Source of the DNA: Candidatus Kerfeldbacteria bacterium
GTDB lineage: Bacteria; Patescibacteriota; Patescibacteriia; SBBC01
Length of the DNA stretch: 64,000 nt
Direction of reading: 5' to 3'
Assembly (NCBI GenBank): GCA_043799405.1
Contig: JAZDNT010000003.1
Location: forward strand, 335,461-399,460
Part shown: in pieces, positions 24,213-33,890 of the stretch
Layout of the letters: the number at the start of each line of letters is the position of its first letter
How positions within the stretch are numbered: position 1 is the stretch's first letter
Notes under the pieces: model-generated
Told to the model about the DNA's origin: nothing
The model's database searches: none
The model's input: only the letters and a program-made list of their open reading frames with translations
Program-made: the position numbers and the translations under genes

Positions 24213-24868
24213 GCTATCGACGCTTTATCGTTGAGAACGACTACGTTGCATCCCGGAACTGAAAAGGACCGCAGTTCATTCTCGTCGATCGGGTACATTT
24301 TCGTGTTCGTATAGTGCATAGGGATCGCAAGCTTTGGTTTTACGATTCGTATCATCTCCCGAGCCGTCGTAAAGTTCATGTCCGGACCTGCGACAGGTAC
24401 GAACAGGACCGGTGCCTCCGGCATATCCTCGAGAACGACGGAGTCGCCGGGCGTGTAGAACGTGCTGTCGATGATAAATCCGATATCTTCCGGTATCGGG
24501 CGTCCGCCGGACAATGTGCCGTGGCGCTGTAATACTCCGTGAACGTGGAATCCTCCCGCGTGCGTGCTTTCGCCCGGCTTCATCATTCGAGCAGTAATGC
24601 CCTGAGAGGAGAGCTTTGAAACGAGCGAACCGTTCGTAATGATCAGGCACTGATCGCGCGAAACGATCGCGCGAATGCCGTTGATGTCAGCGTGGTCAAG
24701 GTGCTCGTGCGTCACGAGGATGAGGCCGATCTTCGGCCAGTCCGTTGGCTTGATCGCATCTAGCTCGTAGACGAACCTCCCAGGATCGATGAGGCATCGC
24801 ATGTTGTCCTTCTGTATGAGGAAACAGGACTGGGCGTATTTAGTGATGGTATAGGTCATCGTAAGCAA
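24191..24868 (-). CDS. MBL-fold metallo-hydrolase
   Basis: LVTHEHLDHAD (HxHxDH) motif, 225 aa. Confidence 0.75.
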   Translation of the reverse strand: MLTMTYTITKYAQSCFLIQKDNMRCLIDPGRFVYELDAIKPTDWPKIGLILVTHEHLDHADINGIRAIVSRDQCLIITNGSLVSKLSSQGITARMMKPGESTHAGGFHVHGVLQRHGTLSGGRPIPEDIGFIIDSTFYTPGDSVVLEDMPEAPVLFVPVAGPDMNFTTAREMIRIVKPKLAIPMHYTNTKMYPIDENELRSFSVPGCNVVVLNDKASIAWPPKGT

Positions 24869-24941
24869 TCCCGAGCCCTTCGACGACGAATCGTCTCAGG
24901 GTAAACTTCGCGAGGGATCTCCTATAATCAATGGTCAATAA

Positions 24942-25787
24942 TCAGCTGTTTCTTAATCTTTTCAATATCCTCACATCATCCTGCGCGCCATCCGGCGGCG
25001 TTTCTACGATCATGTCGAGGTTTTTCCACGATGTCGTGTGGAGTAAAGTCCTGAATGCCTCAGAACCAATCAAACCCTTGCCGATATGCTCGTGCCGGTC
25101 TCTATGTTCGTTAAGACCGAATTTCGAATCGTTCGCATGGATAAGTTTCACCCGAGATACGCCAACGGTCGCCGAAATAACTTTCATCATCGTATCAAAA
25201 CCTTTTTTACTGCTCATATCGTACCCGGCGGCGAAGGCATGGCAGGTGTCAAGGCAGACGCCCATCTTCCCTTCGTACTTTTTTGCACTCTCGGAATGCT
25301 TTAAAAGATCAGCGAGCTGCTCGAAGGATCCGCCGACAAGATCGCCGGCTCCGGAAGAAAGCTCCAAAAGCAACTTCGTCGTACCTTTGTAGCCATCGAG
25401 GATACGCTGAAACGAGCGCCATGTTTTATAGAATCCGAGCGTCGCACCCGCGTCCTTCGTCGAACCAAGGTGTGTAACAACATATGATGCGCCAAGCAGC
25501 GTTCCGCGCTCGAGCTCATCGCGAACGACGCCGATCGATCCGTACCGGATCCTCGGGGTAGTAGAAGCGAAGTTGATATAGTACGGCGTATGAATGACAA
25601 AACCCTCGAATTTCTTCGCTTTCATGTTCGCCCTGAACTGCTTTACGATGTCAACGGTGAGCTTCGGTGCTGGTCCGCCCTGCGGACTGCGCGAAAACAC
25701 CTGGAACGTTTCGCAGCCAATCCGAGCCGCGTTCAAGGGAGCATTGAATATTCCTCCCGCAGCTGACACATGTGCGCCGATCTTCAT
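24942..25787 (-). CDS. nfo: Endonuclease IV (AP endonuclease, Nfo)
   Basis: MKIGAHVSAAGG start, CLDTCHAFAAGYD, HANDSK...RHEHIGKG. Confidence 0.9.
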   Translation of the reverse strand: MKIGAHVSAAGGIFNAPLNAARIGCETFQVFSRSPQGGPAPKLTVDIVKQFRANMKAKKFEGFVIHTPYYINFASTTPRIRYGSIGVVRDELERGTLLGASYVVTHLGSTKDAGATLGFYKTWRSFQRILDGYKGTTKLLLELSSGAGDLVGGSFEQLADLLKHSESAKKYEGKMGVCLDTCHAFAAGYDMSSKKGFDTMMKVISATVGVSRVKLIHANDSKFGLNEHRDRHEHIGKGLIGSEAFRTLLHTTSWKNLDMIVETPPDGAQDDVRILKRLRNS

Positions 25788-25799
25788 ATAGCAATAATC

Positions 25800-25895
25800 T
25801 TACGCGGCGAGTCCCGAGCCTGTCGAGGGATCTGCAGCATTGAGCGGGGCGTTGAAAATGCCACCTGCGGCCGATATATGTGCGCCGATCTTCAT
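25800..25895 (-). pseudogene. 31-codon remnant of a second nfo 5' end directly upstream of nfo
   Basis: It encodes MKIGAHISAAGGIFNAPLNAA+10 aa, and 20 of the first 21 aa match Nfo. The first 18 nt are identical, after which almost every codon differs at a synonymous position. Confidence 0.65.
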
Positions 25896-25980
25896 GACAG
25901 TAGTGTATCAAAAAAAACAACAAAAAACACCTTGTATCAAAATACCTGCACGCGACATGTCTGAAGTGCGAGGAGGCTTT

Positions 25981-26054
25981 GTCATCCTGAACGAAGTGAA
26001 GGATCTCCAAGCTAATCCGTCTTGGAGATGCCTCGCCTTCGGCTCGGCATTGCG
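25981..26054. repeat. Repeat family B long imperfect hairpin (GTCATCCTGAACGAAGTGAAGGATCTCCAAG ... CTTGGAGATGCC...)
   Basis: Central stem ATCTCCAAG/CTTGGAGAT. Its antisense translation gives MEILHFVQDDK. A related copy lies at 55145-55228, with arm-like pieces at 25811-25832 and 44301-44325. Confidence 0.65.
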
Positions 26055-26197
26055 ATTCGGAGCGCGCTTGATTCTCTTTCTACCGCTTTCTCTCATCAAG
26101 GAAAGAAAGCGACAATAATTAAATCGAGCCCCGGGGTGACGAATCCCAGGGCTCACGAGCGACGTCAGTGAGTTCTCAACTACACTGACGGTTGATT

Positions 26198-26860
26198 TCA
26201 GGAAAAGAGCAGGAATGCCAGGGCGCAGGCTACTGGGATGGTCAGGTTGTCGTCGATCCGATCGGACCAGATTTCGGCCAACGTAGTTGCCGCAGCACCG
26301 ACTAGCGACAGTTTCCACCACACTCCTCCCTTGATCAGGAGGAAGAACAGCAGATATGTGGCCAAGCTGACCGTAAAGCAAGCAGCCAAGCCAGCCAGGG
26401 TTTTTCGACCTATCCCGACCCTAGGTGACATAATCGTGCGGCCAAACACTTCGGCCGTGGGGTCGCCGAACGTCCAGCCTACGAAGCAGGCAGCCGCCAG
26501 GGTCGGGTCGCGAACGCAGGCGGTGACGAACACCGCGGCAGCGGCGAACCAGGTGTTTCCCACTGGGCGTCGACGTTCCTGACGTCTTACGAACAGTCGA
26601 AAGGTCCTGAAAAACAACCGATTAAAGCGCCGATCAGACTGGCGCCAAAACTCGATCAGGAACCAGACGATCAGCCACGCCACGGCTTGATACAGCGGCC
26701 ATGGTCGCTCAACAGACAGAACAACCGTAATGCTGTAGAGGCCAAAGAACACATGAAACACCTTGCGCCACCATGGAACGAGCGCAATGCGATCCCAGAT
26801 TGTTGCCGCCCGAGGATTTCGGGGGCCGACGACTTCAGCAACTCTGTCGCTGGAAGACAT
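26198..26860 (-). CDS. Polytopic membrane protein, CTP-transferase-1 / dolichol-kinase-like (GC-rich patch)
   Basis: FGDPTAEVFGRTIMSPRVGIGRKTLAGLAACF resembles the GD..A...G......KT..G motif of the CdsA/dolichol kinase family. About 6 TM helices. Confidence 0.45.
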   Translation of the reverse strand: MSSSDRVAEVVGPRNPRAATIWDRIALVPWWRKVFHVFFGLYSITVVLSVERPWPLYQAVAWLIVWFLIEFWRQSDRRFNRLFFRTFRLFVRRQERRRPVGNTWFAAAAVFVTACVRDPTLAAACFVGWTFGDPTAEVFGRTIMSPRVGIGRKTLAGLAACFTVSLATYLLFFLLIKGGVWWKLSLVGAAATTLAEIWSDRIDDNLTIPVACALAFLLFS

Positions 26861-27079
26861 CCGTATCACCCCCCTGTTCGGGTTTGGTTGTGAAACGACC
26901 GAGAAACACTAGATTTCTGTCATCCGGATACTAGCAGACAGGGAAAAATTTGCAACTTAAGCTTTATTCTTGGACAATCAATAACAAGATTCCGGATCGG
27001 TGTCCGGAATGACATTATTTGAGACGGCGTTACGCTACCTATTCCCCCATCACCTGGAACATGGCTCTTTAATTTTTGA

Positions 27080-27111
27080 AAAACTATCGGCCGAGTGCAG
27101 CGAGGCCGATT
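27080..27111 (-). terminator. Rho-independent terminator after the yjbQ-like gene
   Basis: ATCGGCC...GGCCGAT is a 7-bp stem (27087-27111), followed on the minus strand by AGTTTTTCAAAAATT. Confidence 0.55.
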
Positions 27112-27230
27112 GAAAACAATCTGACATGGCGCAGCGACGAGGATTAGGGTGTCCAAAGGACGGGACCCTAGCCGAGGCGCAAGCCACATCACCTTGCAAG
27201 GGAAAGAGTGGTATCGGACGAGGAAACCGC

Positions 27231-27689
27231 TTAGGTTTCCTCGCCGAATATTTGGAACACTACCTCGCGTTTTCGCGGGGAACATAGTTCCACCAAAAAC
27301 ACGCGTTGCCACCTGCCGAGATCGAGCTTACCGTCTACGATCGGAATGGTCTCGGACGCGCCAAGCAGCATGTGCTGGCAGTGTGCATGCCCGTTCTTCG
27401 CGCAGTGTTCGTCTTCGCAGTCGAGGTTCTCGGTCCTTATCTTCATATCATTATGCCGGTAATACTGGAACGGCGGGAATTGCTTCTTCAGGTAATCTTT
27501 GAAGTCTTCGATGAACCCCTTTTCCTTCTCGTTAATGCGGATCGCTGCGGTCGTATGCTTTACGTACACCGTAACGATTCCGGTCTTCACACGACTCTTC
27601 GTCACCGCGGCTTGCACCTCGTCAGTAAGGTCGACGAACTGCGGGGCTTCTTTCGTACGCAACGTGTGGGTGACGCGGACGATCTTCAT
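27231..27689 (-). CDS. YjbQ/UPF0047 family protein (secondary thiamine-phosphate synthase type)
   Basis: GIVTVYVKHTTAAIRINE and GHAHCQHMLLGASETIPIVDGKLDLGRWQRVF match the family signature. Confidence 0.8.
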   Translation of the reverse strand: MKIVRVTHTLRTKEAPQFVDLTDEVQAAVTKSRVKTGIVTVYVKHTTAAIRINEKEKGFIEDFKDYLKKQFPPFQYYRHNDMKIRTENLDCEDEHCAKNGHAHCQHMLLGASETIPIVDGKLDLGRWQRVFLVELCSPRKREVVFQIFGEET

Positions 27690-28969
27690 ATGTGTTGCTG
27701 TTTTGACTTAAGGAAATCGATCGCCTTCCGGTTCATGAGCACGGTCTCGACGTATGCGCGGAACTCTTCACCCTTCATCATCTCTGCCCGCTTCTCGTCA
27801 TTGACCGACTCTACGGCTAACTGCACTTCAGTATCGATCTCCTTTTCGCTCACGGAGACGTTCTGGTTCCTTGCGATCTCGCGGATCACGAGCGTCGATT
27901 TAACGCGGTTTAAGGCTCCTTGATGGAGGTCCTTCTTGAGCGTTGCCTCGTCCTTCTTCATGCTCGCGAGGTAGTCTGCGAACTTCATGCCCCGTTCCTC
28001 GATATCGTGCCGTATCTCGGCGAGCATTCGATCCGTCTCATTGTCGATCAAGGGGTCAGGAATTTCACCAAAGGCCGAACGTTTCACAATTTCCTCAATG
28101 AGCTTCGCCTCGTATTCCCGCTCTGCTTTCTCCTCATGCTCCCCGATGAGGTTCTTTCGTATCTGTTCCCGTAACTTCTCGACTGTATCAACCCTCGCAA
28201 CACGCTTCGCGAACGCATCATCGAGCGACGGAAGCGTCCGCTCCACGATCGAGTGCACAGTAACCTTGAAGGTAGCCAATTTTCCCGCGAGGTTCTTCGC
28301 ATGGTACTGCTTCGGGAACGAGAGCGCGAATTCCTTTGACTGATCCTTGGACATGCCGACAACGTGATCCTCAAATCCCGGTATGAAAGCGCCGTCCCCA
28401 AGAACGACCGGATGTTTCCTGGTCCTTCCGCTCTCGATCGCGATCCTGTCGATTGAAACGTCAACGTCAATCTCGACCTTGTCGCCTACCGTAGCCGGCC
28501 GGTCGACTGGCTTCTCTTCTGCGATGAGCTTTCGAAGCTGCTCAATGGTCTTCGTAACCTCGTCGTCATTCACCTGCTCAACGTGTTTGTCGACCTTGAC
28601 CGATTCAAGTAATGGCATCGAAACTGTCGGGAGGAGCGATACGGTCGCTGTGTATACGACAGGATTACCAGGAGCGATCTTTTCCACCCTGATCTCCGGC
28701 TGACCGACCGTCATGAGGTTATGCTCCTTTACCGCCGCAACAAATGAGTGACGAACCGCGTCTTCAAGCGCTTCCTCCCAAACAGATGCTTCACCGATGC
28801 GCTTCACGACGACGTCGTAGGGAACCTTGCCAGGCCTGAACCCGGGGAACGATGTTCTCGAAGACAGCCGCGTTGCGACAGCGGTCAGGTGAGGCAGCAT
28901 TTCGGACGGCGTTAGTTCGACGCGTACCGAAACCTTGCTTTTCAGAAGTTTTTCGACAAGAATCTGCAT
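27686..28969 (-). CDS. tig: Trigger factor
   Basis: N-terminal ribosome-binding region with FPGFRPGKVPYDVV, a central PPIase-like region and a C-terminal arm. 427 aa. Confidence 0.88.
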   Translation of the reverse strand: MQILVEKLLKSKVSVRVELTPSEMLPHLTAVATRLSSRTSFPGFRPGKVPYDVVVKRIGEASVWEEALEDAVRHSFVAAVKEHNLMTVGQPEIRVEKIAPGNPVVYTATVSLLPTVSMPLLESVKVDKHVEQVNDDEVTKTIEQLRKLIAEEKPVDRPATVGDKVEIDVDVSIDRIAIESGRTRKHPVVLGDGAFIPGFEDHVVGMSKDQSKEFALSFPKQYHAKNLAGKLATFKVTVHSIVERTLPSLDDAFAKRVARVDTVEKLREQIRKNLIGEHEEKAEREYEAKLIEEIVKRSAFGEIPDPLIDNETDRMLAEIRHDIEERGMKFADYLASMKKDEATLKKDLHQGALNRVKSTLVIREIARNQNVSVSEKEIDTEVQLAVESVNDEKRAEMMKGEEFRAYVETVLMNRKAIDFLKSKQQHI

Positions 28970-29654
28970 ACGACGACTTGACGAAGTGTAGCACGCCGTG
29001 ATAGTTTTGTCACTTCCTTACCCGATCAACCGATCAAGTTCGTTTACGCCGGTACGACGGAATAATCACCGCGCACAGTTCCGGTACGGCAGCCCACCAA
29101 GGAAAGGAAAAGGCATGGCAACCCGAACCCGCGTACTCGTCGAACTGCTCCAATTCAGTCGAGACAGGTGCACCAGCTGCTCCTCGAACGCGCTCTAGCA
29201 AGCGGCGCAAAGACCAAGTTCGCCGGTTCCAGGCTCCGAGTCGACGGTGAGGAGGGACTGATTTACCTCCAGCAGAACGTCGGCAGCGACCTGAGACCGA
29301 GATGGGAGGATGTGGCGGTCGATCCCGTGCCGCTCCGAGAGTACGTTCTGCAAGGAACGTAAACACTGCTCTTTCCGGACAGCTTAAGTTCGGACCACAA
29401 CCACAAGAAGGGGCGGGCGCACAGTCGTTCCGCCCCTCATATGTTACCCAAGCCGTCGATATTGATGTTTGTCTAATCCTCCCCCGGGGGATTCATATAA
29501 ATAGGCAACGGACACGGTATCAAGCCGGATAATCCGCTAAGATATACACATTTTTTGCACTTGACCGGATAGTATAGCAGGAGTACATTCGAATTACTCC
29601 ACCTCAAAAAGAGTTCGCTGACACCTCGCTCTACCGCGAAAGGTGGTGTTTGTC

Positions 29655-30080
29655 ATGTCGCACAAGAAGAATAGTTTCGTACACCGCATCGTCTGGTGGT
29701 GTGCGGTCCTCTATCTCATGGTAGAGGCGTACGCCACGATCGGTGCGACGTTCCCGGGACATAGGAACGGGGATTGGTACAACACCCTGGGTGAGTATGC
29801 AGAGATCCCAGGGTGGATCATGATTGCAATCATCATGATCAGGCAGGAGGCTAGACGCTGGATCAGCAAAGAGTTCGCCCACAAAGATGCGGAGGAACTC
29901 TGCATCATGTGGTTCGAGTTCATCGTGCTGCTCCTCGTCATCGGCCACTTTGCCGCTGTCCAGATCACGTGGTCCAAGTCGACCATTGATACGTCCGTAT
30001 TCCTCGTCACGGCATTCCTGGCAGGACGGGCGTCTCGGTGGATCAACGGGCTGAAGGCGCTCGTTCACGCCAAATGCTAG
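29655..30080 (+). CDS. Four-TM membrane protein (hypothetical)
   Basis: Hydrophobic helices. AAAGGTGG Shine-Dalgarno before the ATG at 29655. Confidence 0.5.
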   Translation: MSHKKNSFVHRIVWWCAVLYLMVEAYATIGATFPGHRNGDWYNTLGEYAEIPGWIMIAIIMIRQEARRWISKEFAHKDAEELCIMWFEFIVLLLVIGHFAAVQITWSKSTIDTSVFLVTAFLAGRASRWINGLKALVHAKC

Positions 30081-30328
30081 GACCGCACCGTTGCGAAAAG
30101 GCCCCTACAAGCATGGAGGATCCGGGCCATGCATCATTCACAGTCGGTAGAGCGACAAAAAGTATCTGTCAGCGAGCTTACGAGGTGGTGAAGGGGAGCA
30201 ACGCGACAGCGCCGCTCCCCTTATCCTATGCAGCGCGCGCATGGTTTTATGAATAACGCCACACACCCCTGAGGGGGTCAGAGGTGTGTTGCACGACGGC
30301 GAGGTATCCAATGTGGGCTAACCGGCAG

Positions 30329-30805
30329 TTAGAATCCGGGGCCGTGATGGAACCCTCGTCCCATTCCAAAACCCATGCCGAACATCGGCATGTTCTGGCT
30401 GTTATCCTGGTACTGCTTCAGCATCGTGTTAGCCTCATCCTGTGTGAGGAACCCGACCTTCACCATGTCATCGAGCCTCGCCTTGAACTTAGTCTCGGCG
30501 TCGCTCTTCAGCTTATCGTACGTGACGCCGTTGCTAGCCGCGATCTGGTAGAACTCCTTTCCGCTTTCTAGCTTGCTCTTGAGCTCATCCGCGGTAATGC
30601 CGAGGAGTTTTGCCATTTCATCGAGCTTCTGCTGATGGCGATCGACGACGGTCGGCGTGATCGACAACGCGGCACTCGTCGTCGCAGCTGTTACCGCAGT
30701 ATCGACTCCGGTCGATTCTGCCGTTACCTCCTTCATCGCGAGGAAACCGGTCGTTGCCAGTCCTGCTCCCGCTATGAACAACGCAATTTTAACTGGTAGT
30801 TTCAT
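30329..30805 (-). CDS. Secreted hypothetical protein
   Basis: Signal-like N-terminus (MKLPVKIALFIAGAGLATTGFLA), a helical K/E/D-rich body and a Gly/Met/Phe-rich tail. Confidence 0.5.
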   Translation of the reverse strand: MKLPVKIALFIAGAGLATTGFLAMKEVTAESTGVDTAVTAATTSAALSITPTVVDRHQQKLDEMAKLLGITADELKSKLESGKEFYQIAASNGVTYDKLKSDAETKFKARLDDMVKVGFLTQDEANTMLKQYQDNSQNMPMFGMGFGMGRGFHHGPGF

Positions 30806-30911
30806 TAATCTCCTTTTCTTACTTGGTAAGATATCCCGATCGGGATATCCACAGCATAAAACGGCGTCCTGAAAAAACGCTTAATACACGGTTAGCGCTA
30901 TCTTGCGTTCG

Positions 30912-32465
30912 CTACCGTCTGATTATACTTGGTTTTAACGTTACTGTTTTCTTCAAAATCGTTCTTTCCACGAACCGTGCTTCAATGTTCACTGAGTACT
31001 TCTGGTACTTAGCACTTTTTGGTGAAGTGATGCGCACGACGTACGTTTTCGACTCATTGGGCAGAAGATCGAACGTCTTTTTCTTCTGCTTGCTGATGGT
31101 GACAGTCCAGCCCGAAGGCTTCTTGGTCGTGCGCAACTCTAGCGCCTGCTTTCCGCAGAGCGTCGCACCGTTCTTCACGGTCAGCTTGTACTGCAGTTCC
31201 TGGCCTGGTTTCGCTCTGCTCTTCAACGCTTTCACTGTCACGGCCGGCGCTTTCCACTGGCAGAGCGATGTGGTGCCGAACTTCACGCGAATGGTCATCG
31301 ACGACGCGGTCCGCGATACCACGCCGAAGCTGACATCGGCGACCGGATCCAAGCACGAAGAACCCACTTGCAGCGCAGGTTCAAAAATGTCGTGCGCACT
31401 CTCACGCGATCCTGGCGTCATGTCGAGAAGCGTCGTGGTCAGATCGTCCCCGGCAGGCCCAAGATGCACCAGGGCTCCGTTCGGAACACCGAGTTCTTGC
31501 AAGGTAGGCGTGTTCGGCACATTGTCGAAGCCGACGGGCTGACGGTACTCGAGATAGTACCATCCGGTAATATTCCCGGCTGTGTCGCGCTCCTGCGGAA
31601 TTTTTAGGACTTTCGGTCCGGCATTGGCAAGCTCGTACGTGTTGATCACATACTCACCGTCAACGGCGGCGGTCGTGATTTCGGACGGTCGCAGCCAGCC
31701 CATGCGTTCCTTCAGAGGAGCGGGCAGCAGCAGCATCCGCGAACTTGAACCCATGATACCGTACCGGTCCGCATACTCCACCGCACGGCAGTTCGTTCCG
31801 GTGAGCACGCCCGGCGGATCGCACTGCCACGAATTCGCGTGGCCGAAACCGATGATGTGCCCGAGCTCGTGGTGCGGGTACGTATTGAGGATGCCGTTGA
31901 TCACTGCGGCGCGGTAGGCCTTCCCGCCGGTATCAGGGACGTTCGGAATGGTCGTCGCCAACCCGCCGCTGTCGCAGGCATACTGCGGCGTGAACACCAT
32001 AATCGTGTTATAGCTCCTGAAATCGACGTCCGCGTCCGCCGCCGCAAGAACGTCCGAAAAAAACGTGTTCCAGTTGCAAGAATCGCCGTCCGCGGTCGGC
32101 CGGTTAATCGTGTACCATGATGCTCCGTTGTCGTACACATCGCCGCTCACTGACACCGCTCCTTCGGATTCTTCCGCGTAGTAGGCGGCCATTGAATTGG
32201 AGTTTGCGAACAGCACGCCGTTCAGGTACTGCTTTGTCCATGGCCCGCTCCTGTCATCCGCGATCGGCTTTGCCGGATTGTCCGAGAACGTCACCATGAG
32301 CGCTGCGATCTTGTAGTTCGGATAGGCAACCACGGCGGTCGTTGTCATGCGCACGGTGCTCGCTGATACAAAAACTGGAAATAACACAATCATTGCCATT
32401 ACACACGCGCATATCAAGATGGTCCGGTGCATGATTGGTTGCGCGTTCATGCGTTCAGTATACAC
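30912..32465 (-). CDS. Secreted zinc metalloprotease (HExxH) with a C-terminal Ig-like/NEW3-like domain
   Basis: Signal/TM region at the N-terminus. HHELGHIIGFGHAN zinc site. The C-terminal ~100 aa are beta-rich (QYKLTVKNGATLCG...YVVRITSPKSA). Confidence 0.6.
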   Translation of the reverse strand: MYTERMNAQPIMHRTILICACVMAMIVLFPVFVSASTVRMTTTAVVAYPNYKIAALMVTFSDNPAKPIADDRSGPWTKQYLNGVLFANSNSMAAYYAEESEGAVSVSGDVYDNGASWYTINRPTADGDSCNWNTFFSDVLAAADADVDFRSYNTIMVFTPQYACDSGGLATTIPNVPDTGGKAYRAAVINGILNTYPHHELGHIIGFGHANSWQCDPPGVLTGTNCRAVEYADRYGIMGSSSRMLLLPAPLKERMGWLRPSEITTAAVDGEYVINTYELANAGPKVLKIPQERDTAGNITGWYYLEYRQPVGFDNVPNTPTLQELGVPNGALVHLGPAGDDLTTTLLDMTPGSRESAHDIFEPALQVGSSCLDPVADVSFGVVSRTASSMTIRVKFGTTSLCQWKAPAVTVKALKSRAKPGQELQYKLTVKNGATLCGKQALELRTTKKPSGWTVTISKQKKKTFDLLPNESKTYVVRITSPKSAKYQKYSVNIEARFVERTILKKTVTLKPSIIRR

Positions 32466-32520
32466 GAAAAATAGCTTGTTCGTTTTATCAAAACAGGTCT
32501 ATGGATTATAGTACATACAT

Positions 32521-32589
32521 ACACCGCGGGTTTTATCTCCCCTCCTGCCTGAGGAGGGGCTTGGGGGAGGAGGGAGAAACCCGCGGTGT
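32521..32589 (+). repeat. Repeat family A copy enclosed by a 13-bp outer stem
   Basis: ACACCGCGGGTTT ... TCCCCTCCTGCCTGAGGAGGGGCTTGGGGGAGGAGGGAG ... AAACCCGCGGTGT. Confidence 0.8.
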
Positions 32590-32736
32590 AGTAGTAAAAC
32601 ATAGACTATCTTCATCACTTGACATGTTGCACTATTTCCGGTTAAGTACCCGCGCTGTTATCCCTGCTGCACCATCGTAAACATGTAGCGCGGTCCGGCT
32701 GCTCGTTATCCATCGCCGACCAAAGGAGGCATCACC

Positions 32737-33144
32737 ATGCCAAAGGCGCTCATCTTCTTCGCCAATCCCCAAGTTAGCGGTCTATGGAAGGTCCTTCTCC
32801 AATACGCTCCTGGCGTTATGGGGTGGAATCCGTTCATTGCCACGTCCATGTCGCATGCGCTCGAGTCCCTCAAAGGCCACGAAGAGGAGACCGCCGTCGC
32901 GGTCATCGAGTGCAGCGAAGCCGGATTCAGGCTCGGAGAGAAGATCCGCATGACAACGGCCTCCCAACACATCGGTGTCGTCTATGTTGGGACTGTAGAG
33001 GATGATGAGTACCACGCCAGAGCGCTCAGCATTGGCAGTGGCAACGCGTACTTCGCGGATGAGCCGGATCGCGTCACCAACGATCCACTCGCGGCGATCA
33101 GCCGCGTCGCCTTCCTCCGGGAGCCTGCCCCGCGCGGCGCGTAG
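32737..33144 (+). CDS. Hypothetical protein, possibly receiver-like fold (GC-rich patch)
   Basis: 135 aa with AAAGGAGG Shine-Dalgarno. Alternating beta/alpha-like pattern (ALIFFANP...AVAVIE...IGVVYVG), but I cannot confirm the canonical Asp pocket. Confidence 0.4.
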   Translation: MPKALIFFANPQVSGLWKVLLQYAPGVMGWNPFIATSMSHALESLKGHEEETAVAVIECSEAGFRLGEKIRMTTASQHIGVVYVGTVEDDEYHARALSIGSGNAYFADEPDRVTNDPLAAISRVAFLREPAPRGA

Positions 33145-33446
33145 GACCGGCCCGATGTTCGATACTGACGGCATCGTGTGCGCCGCACGAAGCCGCCCAA
33201 TCCGAAGCCCGAGCGTTCCCACGCCCGGGCTTCAATCTTTGTATAAAAATGATGCCGCTATTTCTTCTCTTTCCCCGCTCTTGAGAACAAGAAAATCATC
33301 CCGCCCAAGAACACAAGGAATAGTCCCGTACCGATCGGCGAGCCCCAGCCGAGCACCAAGTTGATATCTCCGGTCATACGATCACCTCGCTTTCACAACT
33401 GTTCTGGTATTCATACACAGAACCCTAAACTACGCCGTACACAAGC

Positions 33447-33890
33447 TCACTTCCTGATCACCGGCGGTTCAATAAGGTACAGTTGCAGGAAGCGCTGTAC
33501 CGCCTTCACGGTTACATCCTTGAGCCGGGGATTGCTCGAGGCAACCCACTTCGCAAAATTGAAGAGCTCCTGATTGTCAACCCTCATCCATTTCCGGTTT
33601 TTCGTGAGGAACAGCATGAGCGTCGTCACGGCAATACGCTTGTTGCCGTTTTGGAACGGGTGGTTTTTGATCATAAGATAGAACAGGATCGCTGCTTTAT
33701 CGATCAATGATGAATACAGACGTTTTCCACTAAATCTCTGAAAGGGAACCGCGAGACAGCTCTCGAGCGCATTCGGAAATCTTGTTCGGAATTCAGGAAT
33801 CGGCTCATCCCACGTCATGAGCTCCTTCGCGAGCCGATGCGCGACGTACTCGACTTCCCCGATGGTAAGCGGTCGGATCTCACGCGGCAT
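33447..33890 (-). CDS. doc: Doc/Fic-family toxin (death-on-curing type)
   Basis: HPFQNGNKRIAVTTLMLFL is the Doc-type Fic motif. The ATG overlaps the upstream stop (TAATG). Confidence 0.8.
   Translation of the reverse strand: MPREIRPLTIGEVEYVAHRLAKELMTWDEPIPEFRTRFPNALESCLAVPFQRFSGKRLYSSLIDKAAILFYLMIKNHPFQNGNKRIAVTTLMLFLTKNRKWMRVDNQELFNFAKWVASSNPRLKDVTVKAVQRFLQLYLIEPPVIRK

Noticed and set aside
29107-29362. Possible roughly 90-aa gene (MATRTRVLVELLQFSRDR / VHQLLLERALASG...YVLQGT) split by a frameshift near 29165, followed by a hairpin at 29411-29438
   Set aside because: No recognisable family. The join is speculative and both pieces are short, so it is mentioned only as part of the GC-rich patch observation.
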